32,000 nt of DNA from assembly GCF_016806735.1 (NCBI RefSeq), contig NZ_CP060530.1, forward strand, positions 390,001 to 422,000, given 5' to 3'. Origin of the DNA: Candidatus Micrarchaeum sp. (lineage in GTDB: Archaea > Micrarchaeota > Micrarchaeia > Micrarchaeales > Micrarchaeaceae). Position numbers and translations under genes: made by a program. Below, piece after piece: positions 1 through 8,514 of this stretch. Each line of letters starts with the position of its first letter. The first letter of the stretch is position 1. The notes under the pieces are model-generated. The model was not told the DNA's origin. It ran no database searches and saw only the letters and a list, made by a program, of their open reading frames with translations.

Positions 1-2
1 AA

Positions 3-1766
3 AAGCTGGCCGAATACTACGGCGTATTGGAAGGGGTTTCCTCAAGGCTTAAAATGATAGAGATAATGTCGGAAACCTTCAAGGAGGCCGAGCCATCAGA
101 GATAGAGCAGATAGTATACATTACCCAGGGAGTTCTGGCTCCACCGTTCGAGGGCAAGGAATTCGGCGTTGCAGAAAAAATAGCAGCAGAGGCGATAGCC
201 CTGGCAACAGGATACACCAAGGAGGACGTAGAGGCCGACTTCAGGAAGACCGGAGACCTGGGTAGCACGGCAGAGAATCTGGTGTCAAAATCAAAGCTCA
301 AGCGCATGTCATCTTCGAAACCAAACGTTTCCGATGTTTATTCGTCCATGGTTAAAATATCGGAATCATCCGGCAAGGGCAGCAAGGACCAGAAGATAAA
401 GCTGCTTGCAAATCTGGTGGCAAGCTCCAGCCCAGTCGAAGCCAGGTACATAATAAGATATCCGCTTGGCCAGCTCAGGCTTGGCCTTGGCGACGCTACG
501 ATGCTGGAGGCATTATCAGTAATGTACAAGGGCGACCGCACGCTCAAGGAACACTTGGAAAGGGCCTACAACATATGCAGCGACCTAGGGCTTGTAGCCA
601 AGGAGCTCAAATCAAAGGGGATAAAAGCCATTGAAGACTTTTCCGTATCCATATTCAAGCCGATAAGGCCCGCATTGGCCGAGCGCCTTCCCACTGCAGA
701 AGAAATACTCGAAAAGATGGGCGGCGAATGCGCGGTGGAGCAGAAATACGACGGCTTCAGGTGCCAGATACACAAGATGGGCAAAAGGGTGGAAATATAT
801 TCTAGGAGGCTGGAAAGGACAACGGACATGTTTCCCGACATAGCAGCAGCTGCCATAAAGGAAGTTTCTTCAAAGGAGGTCATATTTGAGGGGGAAGCCC
901 TGGCATACAACGACGTAACTGGGGAGTTCATGCCTTTTCAGGAGACAATACAGAGGAAAAGGAAACACGGGATATCAGAAAAAGCGGTGTCCCTTCCGCT
1001 CAGGCTAATGGCTTTTGACCTGATGTTTGCCGAAGGCAAAAGCTATATGAACGAGCCGTACGAGCAAAGAAGGCAAAAGCTCGAGCAGGTCCTCAATGGC
1101 AGTGAAACCATAAAGCCGTCAAAGCGCATAATCACTCGCTCGGCCAAGGAACTGGAGGACTTCTTCAATTCTTCGGTATCGGACGGCTTGGAAGGCATAG
1201 TGGCAAAGGATCTAAAGTCCCCGTATATAGCCGGGGCAAGGAAATTCTCGTGGATAAAGCTAAAGCGCAGCTATCAGGGCGAGCTCTCGGACACTCTTGA
1301 CCTGGTGATAGTTGGATACTATCGCGGAAAAGGATCAAGGACCGAATTCGGCTTCGGGGGCCTGCTGTGTGCAGTATATAACGAAAAGCGTGATATCTTC
1401 GAGACCGTTTCCAAGCTTGGCACGGGCTTTACCGAAGCCCAGATGCAGGAGCTCAACAATCTGCTATCCAAAATAGAACAGAAATCAAAACCAGCCAGGG
1501 TAGATTCCATAATCGAGCCTGATTTCTGGGTATACCCTAAATACGTAGTCACCGTCAAGGCGGACGAGATAACAAAATCGCCAATGCATACGTGCGGCAT
1601 GTCCATTCAGGAAGATGGAAGCAAATCAGGGTATTCGCTCAGGTTCCCGAGGCTGGTCGGCGAAACAGCAGTAAGGGAGGACAAAAGCCCAGAAGAAGCA
1701 ACGACTACCAAGGAGATAATCGAACTCTTCGGGCAGCAGAAAAAAGTAAGGGTTTCAGACAGGTAA
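3..1766 (+). CDS. lig: ATP-dependent DNA ligase (archaeal/eukaryal type), 5' end cut by the window edge
   Basis: The frame is open from nt 3 (KLAEYYGVLEG...), so the TTG at 27 in the ORF track is not the true start. Motif I (adenylation) is EQKYDGFRCQIHK, with the KYDG codons at 744-755. Motif III FEGEALAY, motif IV LMAFDLM, motif V LEGIVAKD and motif VI LRFPRLV are also present. Confidence 0.93.
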   Translation, partial: KLAEYYGVLEGVSSRLKMIEIMSETFKEAEPSEIEQIVYITQGVLAPPFEGKEFGVAEKIAAEAIALATGYTKEDVEADFRKTGDLGSTAENLVSKSKLKRMSSSKPNVSDVYSSMVKISESSGKGSKDQKIKLLANLVASSSPVEARYIIRYPLGQLRLGLGDATMLEALSVMYKGDRTLKEHLERAYNICSDLGLVAKELKSKGIKAIEDFSVSIFKPIRPALAERLPTAEEILEKMGGECAVEQKYDGFRCQIHKMGKRVEIYSRRLERTTDMFPDIAAAAIKEVSSKEVIFEGEALAYNDVTGEFMPFQETIQRKRKHGISEKAVSLPLRLMAFDLMFAEGKSYMNEPYEQRRQKLEQVLNGSETIKPSKRIITRSAKELEDFFNSSVSDGLEGIVAKDLKSPYIAGARKFSWIKLKRSYQGELSDTLDLVIVGYYRGKGSRTEFGFGGLLCAVYNEKRDIFETVSKLGTGFTEAQMQELNNLLSKIEQKSKPARVDSIIEPDFWVYPKYVVTVKADEITKSPMHTCGMSIQEDGSKSGYSLRFPRLVGETAVREDKSPEEATTTKEIIELFGQQKKVRVSDR

Positions 1767-1778
1767 ATCATACTGCTT

Positions 1779-2099
1779 TCACATGCAGCTTTCAACTACT
1801 TTCGAAGCTTTCTGCAGGCTTTTTATCATGTCCTTGACCTTAGGGTTAAGCTTGTAGCCCAATCCATATCCGTTCGTTGTCCTTATATGTGTGGGCTGTA
1901 TCACGTTGAGGTCAAGCGAGAGCTCCCTGAGTGATATTATAAGCGTCTTCCTTGTGAACTTTTTCTCAAGCACGGAATATATCTCCTTTGTGGTTCTTGG
2001 GGATTTTTCAAAAAGCAATTCCATGACTGCATAGTTTGGCCTGCTTATCGCTTTCCTCAATGCCCAGATTTCATCCTGCTGCTTTTCTTTTTTTACCAT
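1779..2099 (-). CDS. small winged-helix DNA-binding protein (putative transcription regulator)
   Basis: The 180-aa ORF 1779..2321 is trimmed to Met75 (ATG 2097-2099, MVKKEKQQDEIWALRKAISRPNY...). This start sits 22 nt downstream of a TATATAAA box on this strand. The upstream part of the ORF is AT-rich promoter DNA overlapping the 2223 gene. The remaining 106 aa have an HTH-plus-wing pattern (TTKEIYSVLEKKFTRKTLIISLRELS ... IRTTNGYGLGYKL). Confidence 0.55.
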   Translation of the reverse strand: MVKKEKQQDEIWALRKAISRPNYAVMELLFEKSPRTTKEIYSVLEKKFTRKTLIISLRELSLDLNVIQPTHIRTTNGYGLGYKLNPKVKDMIKSLQKASKVVESCM

Positions 2100-2120
2100 A
2101 ATAATACTTTTTGTAAAAGG

Positions 2121-2201
2121 TTTATATACATTTGCACTCTTTTCGCAATTCACCGTTTTGTGCAGCCGCCAAACACGATTAATTATACAAAGGTATATAA
2201 A
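2121..2201. promoter_or_regulatory. divergent promoter pair with identical TATATAAA boxes
   Basis: tttatata at 2121-2128 reads TATATAAA on the minus strand and lies 22-29 nt upstream of the minus ATG at 2099. tatataaa at 2194-2201 lies 22-29 nt upstream of the plus ATG at 2223. The intergenic region is very AT-rich and has no SD motif, consistent with leaderless transcripts. Confidence 0.5.
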
Positions 2202-2222
2202 TATATATTTTAATATAATATT

Positions 2223-3749
2223 ATGGAGTTTAGTAAAATAATCAGGGCGAAAATTGCAACAGCTTCGGCTCAAGGATTCTCGATAAGGAGGCGTCACGTC
2301 CCTGCTGTTGCACCAAGCCATAAGCTATCGTTCAGTTTTCTTGAAAGCTATCCTGAAGAGGTGCTGCTTGAGACTGCCAATGCTGTATTGGGGAAATCAG
2401 GCTCGTCGCTTCTATATTCAATAAAAGCGCATCCGGAATGGATTTCGGCCAAGCCTCTTGCAGACGCAATGAAATCGGATATGGTTGACCTTGTTATAGG
2501 GGCAGGAAATACGCAATACGAAATAGGCGATAAAAGCGCAATAGACTCTGCAGCAGCTCTTCTTTCAGAACGTTTTGGGGTTCCTCAAAACTCAATAGCG
2601 GTGAAAGCCGCTGCACTGGACCTGTTCGGATACGGCCCGCTGAGCTTTCTGCTCGAGGACTCGGCAAACATAGAAGAAATAGTTATAAACGGCCCATTGT
2701 ATCCTATTTCTCTCTATCACTCCAAATACGGGTTCTGTACCACCAACATCAAATTCGTTTCGGAGCAGGATTCCATACACTGCATAAATAAGCTTCTCGA
2801 TTCCGCGGACAAGGAATTGGCTTCAGATACTCCAATAGTTGACGCAAGCACGCTTTCCGGACTCAGGATACACGCGCAGCAGTCGCCATATTCGCCATCA
2901 GGCATGGTGGCATCCATAAGGCTTGCAAAGCCCGAGCGCAGCGGGCCAGCGTTCCTGCTCGCAAAAGGCACACTTAATCCGGAGCTTCTGGCATATCTGT
3001 GGATGGCAGTCGATGCAAGGCTCAATCTCCTTATAACCGGTCCGCCAGCATCTGGAAAAACCACCCTGCTGAAGGCCCTGGCAGAAGTGATGCCGCGCTA
3101 CGAACGCGTAGTAGCGATTGAAGAGGAAACCGACGAGCTCATAATGCATTCAAACTTCACCAATGCCGTTTACCTGATAGGTAAGAAATCGGCTGACAAA
3201 TCCGAAAGCACGATATCGGACCAGGTGGCAAACGCGCTAAGGCTCAGGCCCGACAGGCTCATAATAGGGGAAATAAGGGGTGCAGAGGCCAGGGATGCAT
3301 TTTTCGGTTCAAATACCGGGGTGCCATTCATAGCTACCATGCATGTATCCGGAAGCGGCATAAGCGTGATATCAAGGCTGGAATCCAGGCCCATGCTTGT
3401 TGACCATGCGCTAGTGTCAAACCTCGATCTTGCCATCCACATGTCCCTTGATGGCGCGATGCAAAGGAGGATAGCCGGAATATCCGAATACAAATGGTTT
3501 TCGCGTGCGGAGATAAACCCGGAAAGGGCAGAGGAATTCGAGATAAACAGCATGTTTTCCAATGGCACGCCGAAGAAAGAAGAGCTCAGATATTCCAAGG
3601 CAATAACCTACTTCGCAATGCGCATGAAGATGTCCCCAAGCGAAGCAATAAAGGAATTCCAATCAAGGTCCAAAGCGATATACTCCTTCATTTCAAGCGG
3701 CTCCCGCGATTTTCAAAAATTTATACTGGAATATAAGGGATTTGAATGA
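2223..3749 (+). CDS. type IV filament assembly ATPase (FlaI/GspE/VirB11 superfamily), locus 1
   Basis: 508 aa. Walker A is LLITGPPASGKTTLLKA (nt ~3049-3075). An Asp/Glu box VAIEEETDEL and a Walker B/His-box region PDRLIIGEIRGAEARDAFFGSNTGVPFIATMHVSG are present. It is followed directly by platform-like membrane genes. Confidence 0.88.
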   Translation: MEFSKIIRAKIATASAQGFSIRRRHVPAVAPSHKLSFSFLESYPEEVLLETANAVLGKSGSSLLYSIKAHPEWISAKPLADAMKSDMVDLVIGAGNTQYEIGDKSAIDSAAALLSERFGVPQNSIAVKAAALDLFGYGPLSFLLEDSANIEEIVINGPLYPISLYHSKYGFCTTNIKFVSEQDSIHCINKLLDSADKELASDTPIVDASTLSGLRIHAQQSPYSPSGMVASIRLAKPERSGPAFLLAKGTLNPELLAYLWMAVDARLNLLITGPPASGKTTLLKALAEVMPRYERVVAIEEETDELIMHSNFTNAVYLIGKKSADKSESTISDQVANALRLRPDRLIIGEIRGAEARDAFFGSNTGVPFIATMHVSGSGISVISRLESRPMLVDHALVSNLDLAIHMSLDGAMQRRIAGISEYKWFSRAEINPERAEEFEINSMFSNGTPKKEELRYSKAITYFAMRMKMSPSEAIKEFQSRSKAIYSFISSGSRDFQKFILEYKGFE

Positions 3750-4492
3750 ATTCGCCCGAAAATAAAAAATTTGCCGGATTCGGCCTATACCTAATGTGCA
3801 TAGGGTATGTTGCCATAATACCTGCAGTCGCAATTACGCTTTTCGGAGGCTACGGTTATCCAATAGCCATTCTCTCTTCGTCAATGTTTTTTGCATACTA
3901 CATAGCGAAACTAGAAATCCAGAAGGCCGCGTCAAAAATAAGGAACTGGTTTTCTTTTTTCGGACTGGCTTCATCCATAATGCTCAAGCGCATGAATGGG
4001 ATGCCAACAGCAACGGCGTTTTCGGATTCCATAAAAATTTTCGGTCATCCATCAAATGACGTTTCTCTCGCACTGAGAAATCTGCCGTTAGCGATGCGCT
4101 TGGTGGGTTTTGGCGAAGCGATCAATCATATAGCGGCAAAATCGCCAAACAAGGATTACAGTCGCACATCAATAATTAAGCATATTGTAGAAAAATCCAG
4201 TTCCGGTTTAGACGCCATAGGCACGTTCTCTGTAATAATGGATTCTGCAATCTCGAATCTTGAAAACGCGTTATCCGCGTATAACAACAGGAATAACAGG
4301 AATTCCACGGTGCTTATGCTTTTTTCAACAGTGCTGCCCTCATTCGCACTCTTCGGAATCGCAGGATACTCCATTCTTTCAGGAAGCGTGTCGTTCCTGC
4401 CGGAGGCATTCGCCATATTCGTTGTTTCCGCACCAATTGCCTATCTAATAGCTTTAAAAGCGACTTCGGTGGTGAGCAATGCAATCATATAA
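3746..4492 (+). CDS. platform membrane protein, single T2SSF-like domain (TadB/TadC/FlaJ-half), locus 1
   Basis: ATGA start/stop overlap with the ATPase gene. 248 aa with an N-terminal pair of TM helices, a central soluble segment and C-terminal TM helices. Its position right after the ATPase supports the call. Confidence 0.6.
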   Translation: MNSPENKKFAGFGLYLMCIGYVAIIPAVAITLFGGYGYPIAILSSSMFFAYYIAKLEIQKAASKIRNWFSFFGLASSIMLKRMNGMPTATAFSDSIKIFGHPSNDVSLALRNLPLAMRLVGFGEAINHIAAKSPNKDYSRTSIIKHIVEKSSSGLDAIGTFSVIMDSAISNLENALSAYNNRNNRNSTVLMLFSTVLPSFALFGIAGYSILSGSVSFLPEAFAIFVVSAPIAYLIALKATSVVSNAII

Positions 4493-5288
4493 AACAATCA
4501 TAAGTGCATTCGCGAAGCCAAAGCATGCATTTGGCAGCCATACTGCAACGGCTGCAGCTGCAATGTACATCGCCTCTATGGCAGTTTCATTTTATTCCGT
4601 GTGGATCTCCGTGCCAATTTTTCTCTCTGCGATAGTTTTACATGGCTTGTCAAAAGCTGGCCAGGATTCCAGATGGAAATCATCGCCAATGGAAACCATC
4701 TCAATTCTGAAATCCATTTCTCAAAGCCCTAAGGGTACCAGTTATTCCAAAGCCATGAATTCAATGCCTCCTGGGTTTCGTCATTCAAATGCAATAAAAT
4801 CAGCCATGAAAAAGTTCCGGGCTACTGGAAATGCTGAATTTGCATTCGGCAAAATGGTTTCAGGGAAAGATCCAGGCCTAAGCGCCATAGGTATGGCGCT
4901 ATACTCCAGTTTTTCCGGGGGCCCGGGCCTAACCGAGGCTTCAAGCTGGATTCTCGCAAAATGCTCAGCTTTGATGGGGCATATTGCAAAAATGACACAG
5001 ATGTCAGAAAGCAGCGACATGATGGTTGCAAGCGGAATAAACTTTTTCTTTCCGGTATTTGCAGGGATAACGATAAACATCATAAGGTTCTCAAGTCCGG
5101 TCGGATACCAAAGCTATTCGATAGCGCTGATTGCGATGTTCATGTATTATATAATGGCAGTAAACTACTCGACTTCATCAAATTCTCTGAGGCCACACGA
5201 CGGAATTTTCATGCGCACTCTTCAAATGAGTGCCATTGCATCATTTATAATGCAGGCGGCCCTACGCCTGTCGGCTTTCATGCTTTGA
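4479..5288 (+). CDS. platform membrane protein, second T2SSF-like half, locus 1
   Basis: 14-nt overlap with the previous gene. 269 aa, polytopic (TM helices at the N- and C-termini, soluble middle). Paired with 3746..4492 like TadB/TadC. Confidence 0.55.
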   Translation: MQSYKTIISAFAKPKHAFGSHTATAAAAMYIASMAVSFYSVWISVPIFLSAIVLHGLSKAGQDSRWKSSPMETISILKSISQSPKGTSYSKAMNSMPPGFRHSNAIKSAMKKFRATGNAEFAFGKMVSGKDPGLSAIGMALYSSFSGGPGLTEASSWILAKCSALMGHIAKMTQMSESSDMMVASGINFFFPVFAGITINIIRFSSPVGYQSYSIALIAMFMYYIMAVNYSTSSNSLRPHDGIFMRTLQMSAIASFIMQAALRLSAFML

Positions 5289-5297
5289 GGTGTCAAA

Positions 5298-5537
5298 ATG
5301 GAAACACAATATTCCACACTGGTTCGTGCCATTATGGCAATGGCAAGGTCAAGAAAAGGGCAAAGCTCGATAGAGTATCTGATGATGCTCTCAGCAGTCA
5401 GCATAGTTATCATAATAGCCCTGGCTATGATAACGCAGCTAAAGGGTGCTGCTGTGCACTCATTCTTCAATGGGACTAACGGCAGCGTAATATCGACGCT
5501 CAAGTCAGAGCTTGGAAATATAACCACTCAAGGGTAG
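5298..5537 (+). CDS. small pilin with class III signal peptide (candidate major pilin)
   Basis: SD gaggtg at 5287-5292. The N-terminus ...MARSRKGQ/SSIEYLMMLSAVSIVIIIALAMI matches the archaeal prepilin motif: a basic residue, G, then Q-x-S-x-E-Y-L plus a hydrophobic helix. 79 aa. Confidence 0.8.
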   Translation: METQYSTLVRAIMAMARSRKGQSSIEYLMMLSAVSIVIIIALAMITQLKGAAVHSFFNGTNGSVISTLKSELGNITTQG

Positions 5538-5546
5538 GTGTTCTAA

Positions 5547-5924
5547 ATGAAGACAAAAGCGCAAATCACGCTAGAATTCCTTATATACATGGCTGTTGGC
5601 ATTTCTGCTCTTGCGACGGCCATCTATGCCACGGCAGGGATTAGATCGGGCTACACCAATGGAATATCCAAGTACGAGCTTGAGTCTTTCTTCAGCCATA
5701 TAAGCGCAATGCAGCAATACGGCAGCTCGTCGTTTGCTGCATACGTGCCAAAATCGGTGTGCTCGTGCTCCGGATCCGAAACCGTAGCTTGTGGAAATTA
5801 CAGCGTGTACTATGGTGCAGGAATAAAACTTAGCCCATCAATATGCGAATACTCCGGCTCTGTGGAAAACATAAGCGAATCGTACTCTGGGACGGATTTA
5901 TACCTGATAAGTGGTTCGCCATGA
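5547..5924 (+). CDS. pilin-like protein with class III signal peptide
   Basis: SD aggtg at 5536-5540. N-terminus is MKTKA/QITLEFLIYMAVGISALATAIYA. 125 aa with a Cys-containing C-terminal domain. Confidence 0.72.
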   Translation: MKTKAQITLEFLIYMAVGISALATAIYATAGIRSGYTNGISKYELESFFSHISAMQQYGSSSFAAYVPKSVCSCSGSETVACGNYSVYYGAGIKLSPSICEYSGSVENISESYSGTDLYLISGSP

Positions 5925-6130
5925 TGGGCCAAATAACCCCCATGTTTATAATATCGCTTGCGCTGGCAGTCTCGGTTCTCACAATTTTAATCGGCATATC
6001 GGCATATGCATCATTGGTCTTTTCAGGCATAAATTCCGAGATTTCGGCATCATCTTTTGCAATGAGGAACACTATAATCCAGGCGGCACAGGTCCCGAAT
6101 TACTACGGCATATGGGTCGAATGGCAATGA
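5921..6130 (+). CDS. small pilin-like protein (short leader)
   Basis: ATGA overlap with the previous stop (5922-5924). MMGQ/ITPMFIISLALAVSVLTILIGI. The ORF-track start at 5843 lies inside the previous gene. The leader lacks a basic residue, so confidence is lower. Confidence 0.5.
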   Translation: MMGQITPMFIISLALAVSVLTILIGISAYASLVFSGINSEISASSFAMRNTIIQAAQVPNYYGIWVEWQ

Positions 6131-6486
6131 AAGCATTGTTTGTGGGTTTGGAGCAGATTGTCGCGATCTCAATATTGTTAACCTCGGTTTTGCTGGTAAC
6201 CGGGCTTTTAGCCAATCATTACCGTTCATCTGCTCTTAATTCAAAGTCGGCAATGGAAAAGCTTTCTGCATACTATGAAATGCAGCAAATGGCATACGCC
6301 ATGGCAACAGGCAATGTATATCCTGTTTTGCAAGTGGGCAACTCGATTAAAATTACGCGCTTATCCGACTATGGCCCGGAAAACCAGACTTGCAGCTTAA
6401 ATTACACTGTGAATGAAGGATACGTTTGCGGCATAGCCGCGTATTCGGGAAAGATCTACTTAATTAGGGTGTATCAAAATGCATGA
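6127..6486 (+). CDS. pilin-like protein
   Basis: ATGA overlap with the previous stop (6128-6130). MKA/LFVGLEQIVAISILLTSVLLVTGLL. 119 aa. The ORF-track start at 5911 is an upstream in-frame extension across two other genes. Confidence 0.55.
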   Translation: MKALFVGLEQIVAISILLTSVLLVTGLLANHYRSSALNSKSAMEKLSAYYEMQQMAYAMATGNVYPVLQVGNSIKITRLSDYGPENQTCSLNYTVNEGYVCGIAAYSGKIYLIRVYQNA

Positions 6487-7804
6487 ATTGCGCAGTATAA
6501 AGCTGCAGAGCTCAATAGAGTTCATAATCATAATGGCAGCAGTTGCAAGCATGGGGGTAGTCGGTGTATCCTACTATTCCCGCGTACATTCCGTAATGAT
6601 GGGTGTATTGAATGCAAAAAATCCAAACTCCACGGGCCTTAATGGATCGATGGCTGCAATCAACGATACAATAAGCGCATATCTTCTTGCTCCTGTGCTG
6701 CAGGTTGGAAACGCTTCAATGGCAACTCTGCTGGTGTCTACGTCCCTGCCCTCGGCAATCTCTGCGAATATAAGCAGCGCGACAATAAGCCTGAGCCGAA
6801 AGAATTTCAGCAGCAACAGCTATGAAAGGCAGGCAGCATTCGTCTTCTATGCTGTTCCAATGTCAACAGGAGCAGGCATAGTGTCGCTTGAAATAACAGC
6901 CATCAATGGAAGCAGCAAATCCGAATACCGTGCTAACGTCACGCTTTACGCGTACCAAAACAAACAAAGCCAATCGCAGGGCAATCAGTCCAACAATGAG
7001 ATACGCTACGTATATCTGCATCCGGAAAACGAATCTGTCACATACACGACCGCAAAGCAGTCAAAGCTCTATTACATAACGGAGGGTTCCCACTGCAGCG
7101 AGCTCAACTTTTTCGGGCAGCAGATGCCGATACAATCGCAATGCCCAGGGGCATCATGGTATTTCTGGGCCTTCTCCGCAAACTGTTATTATGGAAGCGC
7201 ACAGGTGCCTACAAAGACCTACTGCGTATACAAAACTTATTCAGGGTACAATGCCAGTGCGCTTTCTTCAGTCCCGAAATACAATTACAAAATCAATTTT
7301 GGGATAGGGTACAATAACCTAAATCTGAGCTCTAAACTAACCCAAAGCTCTCAATTTTCCAACATAACCCTAAACACGAAGGTCTTCGGAACTGCTTCTC
7401 CAGGCAATTCAATCTACGCTCAATCGATACAGCCCGATTCCATATACATTTTCAGTTCTAGGGGCAAAGCGTATGTGGGGAGCGATGCGAACTATTCTGC
7501 TTACGAATATGCTTACTCTGGCGTAAAGGATGACCTGGCGTACTACAACAATTCCGACAACGGCGCCACCGGAACTATAGAAAGGGAGATATACTCTTAC
7601 AACAACTCCCTTTCAAAGCTGATAGGAACGCTTGCGCCTGCCAATTCCAGTTCTTGCAAAGCTTCGATAAGCACAGCCGGCATAGCATATTCCTGCAAGC
7701 CTGATTCCCCAATGCAATTCTACAACATTTCGGCAGACCTATACAACTATACTGGAAAGCAGTCGGAATACAGCTACATGGGCTCTGAAATAAGGGTGAG
7801 TTGA
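6479..7804 (+). CDS. large (441 aa) pilin-like protein with class III-type N-terminus and a sequon-rich, Cys-containing globular part
   Basis: SD agggtg at 6466-6471. MHELRSIKLQ/SSIEFIIIMAAVASMGVVGV carries the Q-S-S-I-E-F motif. It has well over a dozen N-x-S/T sequons and a Cys cluster (CSELNFF...CPGASWYFWAFSANCYYG...YCVY). Confidence 0.7.
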   Translation: MHELRSIKLQSSIEFIIIMAAVASMGVVGVSYYSRVHSVMMGVLNAKNPNSTGLNGSMAAINDTISAYLLAPVLQVGNASMATLLVSTSLPSAISANISSATISLSRKNFSSNSYERQAAFVFYAVPMSTGAGIVSLEITAINGSSKSEYRANVTLYAYQNKQSQSQGNQSNNEIRYVYLHPENESVTYTTAKQSKLYYITEGSHCSELNFFGQQMPIQSQCPGASWYFWAFSANCYYGSAQVPTKTYCVYKTYSGYNASALSSVPKYNYKINFGIGYNNLNLSSKLTQSSQFSNITLNTKVFGTASPGNSIYAQSIQPDSIYIFSSRGKAYVGSDANYSAYEYAYSGVKDDLAYYNNSDNGATGTIEREIYSYNNSLSKLIGTLAPANSSSCKASISTAGIAYSCKPDSPMQFYNISADLYNYTGKQSEYSYMGSEIRVS

Positions 7805-8184
7805 TGAAGGCACAGCTCGCAATTCTGGAATCTGTGATTTGCATGGTGCTGCTTTTCTCAGCAGCATATTCAGTATTCATTCCAGCATCTGAGGAGCCAT
7901 CCCAATTTCCCAGCCAGCTCGGCCCGGCGTTATTCAGCCTGGTTTCCGTATACGAGAACAATCAATCAATACATACCTGCATGAATTCAGGAATCTATTC
8001 TTCTTTATGTGATGCTACGATAAATGACACCATGCGGGTTTACGGCCTACGCGGCTTAAGCATAAGCGTAGGCGAGCATTATACTGCAATTGGTCAAGTA
8101 TCCAATTGCAACTACGTAAAAAACTACTGCATAGCAGTAGAAGACAATGGGACGGACTACATGTGCGTCAAAATGTGTGGTTGA
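7804..8184 (+). CDS. pilin-like protein with class III signal peptide
   Basis: SD agggtg at 7793-7798. The ATG at 7804 overlaps the previous TGA by 1 nt. MKA/QLAILESVICMVLLFSAAYSVF. 126 aa. Confidence 0.68.
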   Translation: MKAQLAILESVICMVLLFSAAYSVFIPASEEPSQFPSQLGPALFSLVSVYENNQSIHTCMNSGIYSSLCDATINDTMRVYGLRGLSISVGEHYTAIGQVSNCNYVKNYCIAVEDNGTDYMCVKMCG

Positions 8185-8502
8185 ATGTCGCTTTTTGGCC
8201 TGGGTGTGCTTGCCACCTCTGTGATAATAGCCATGCTTGTGTCACATGCTGTTGCGATAATGCATTCGCAGGACTCAGCGTTAAACAACACGGAAGCATA
8301 CGAAAACATTGCCTATATAGAAGCGTTCGCATATTCAAGCAGTATCATAGCAGAAACACATGCCAATTCTTCTGTATTGTATATGGATCTTGCCGGAAGT
8401 GCTTCAATTGACGGAATAAAGGTAACGCGAGAATCCAGCGGCCTTCTTGTCCAGACCTATTCCTCTCCATGTGCAGTTTCATTTATAAGGGCAGAAAAAT
8501 AG
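8185..8502 (+). CDS. small N-terminally hydrophobic protein, last gene of the pilus operon (possible minor pilin)
   Basis: The ATG immediately follows the previous TGA (8182-8184). MSLFGLGVLATSVIIAMLVSHAV has no charged leader, so pilin status is uncertain. Confidence 0.45.
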   Translation: MSLFGLGVLATSVIIAMLVSHAVAIMHSQDSALNNTEAYENIAYIEAFAYSSSIIAETHANSSVLYMDLAGSASIDGIKVTRESSGLLVQTYSSPCAVSFIRAEK

Positions 8503-8514
8503 AAAGGTTCAATT

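Noticed and set aside
5843-6486. Long forms of ORFs 5843..6130 and 5911..6486
   Set aside because: Their 5' parts lie inside neighbouring pilin genes in other frames. Internal ATGs at 5921 and 6127 create ATGA stop/start overlaps and expose pilin-like N-termini, so the short forms are preferred.
2223-8502. Archaellum (archaeal flagellum) operon
   Set aside because: There is no KaiC-like FlaH and no FlaF/FlaG/FlaC-E-type genes. The filament genes are small DUF361-type pilins rather than ~200-aa archaellins. It is called a pilus-like TFF locus instead.
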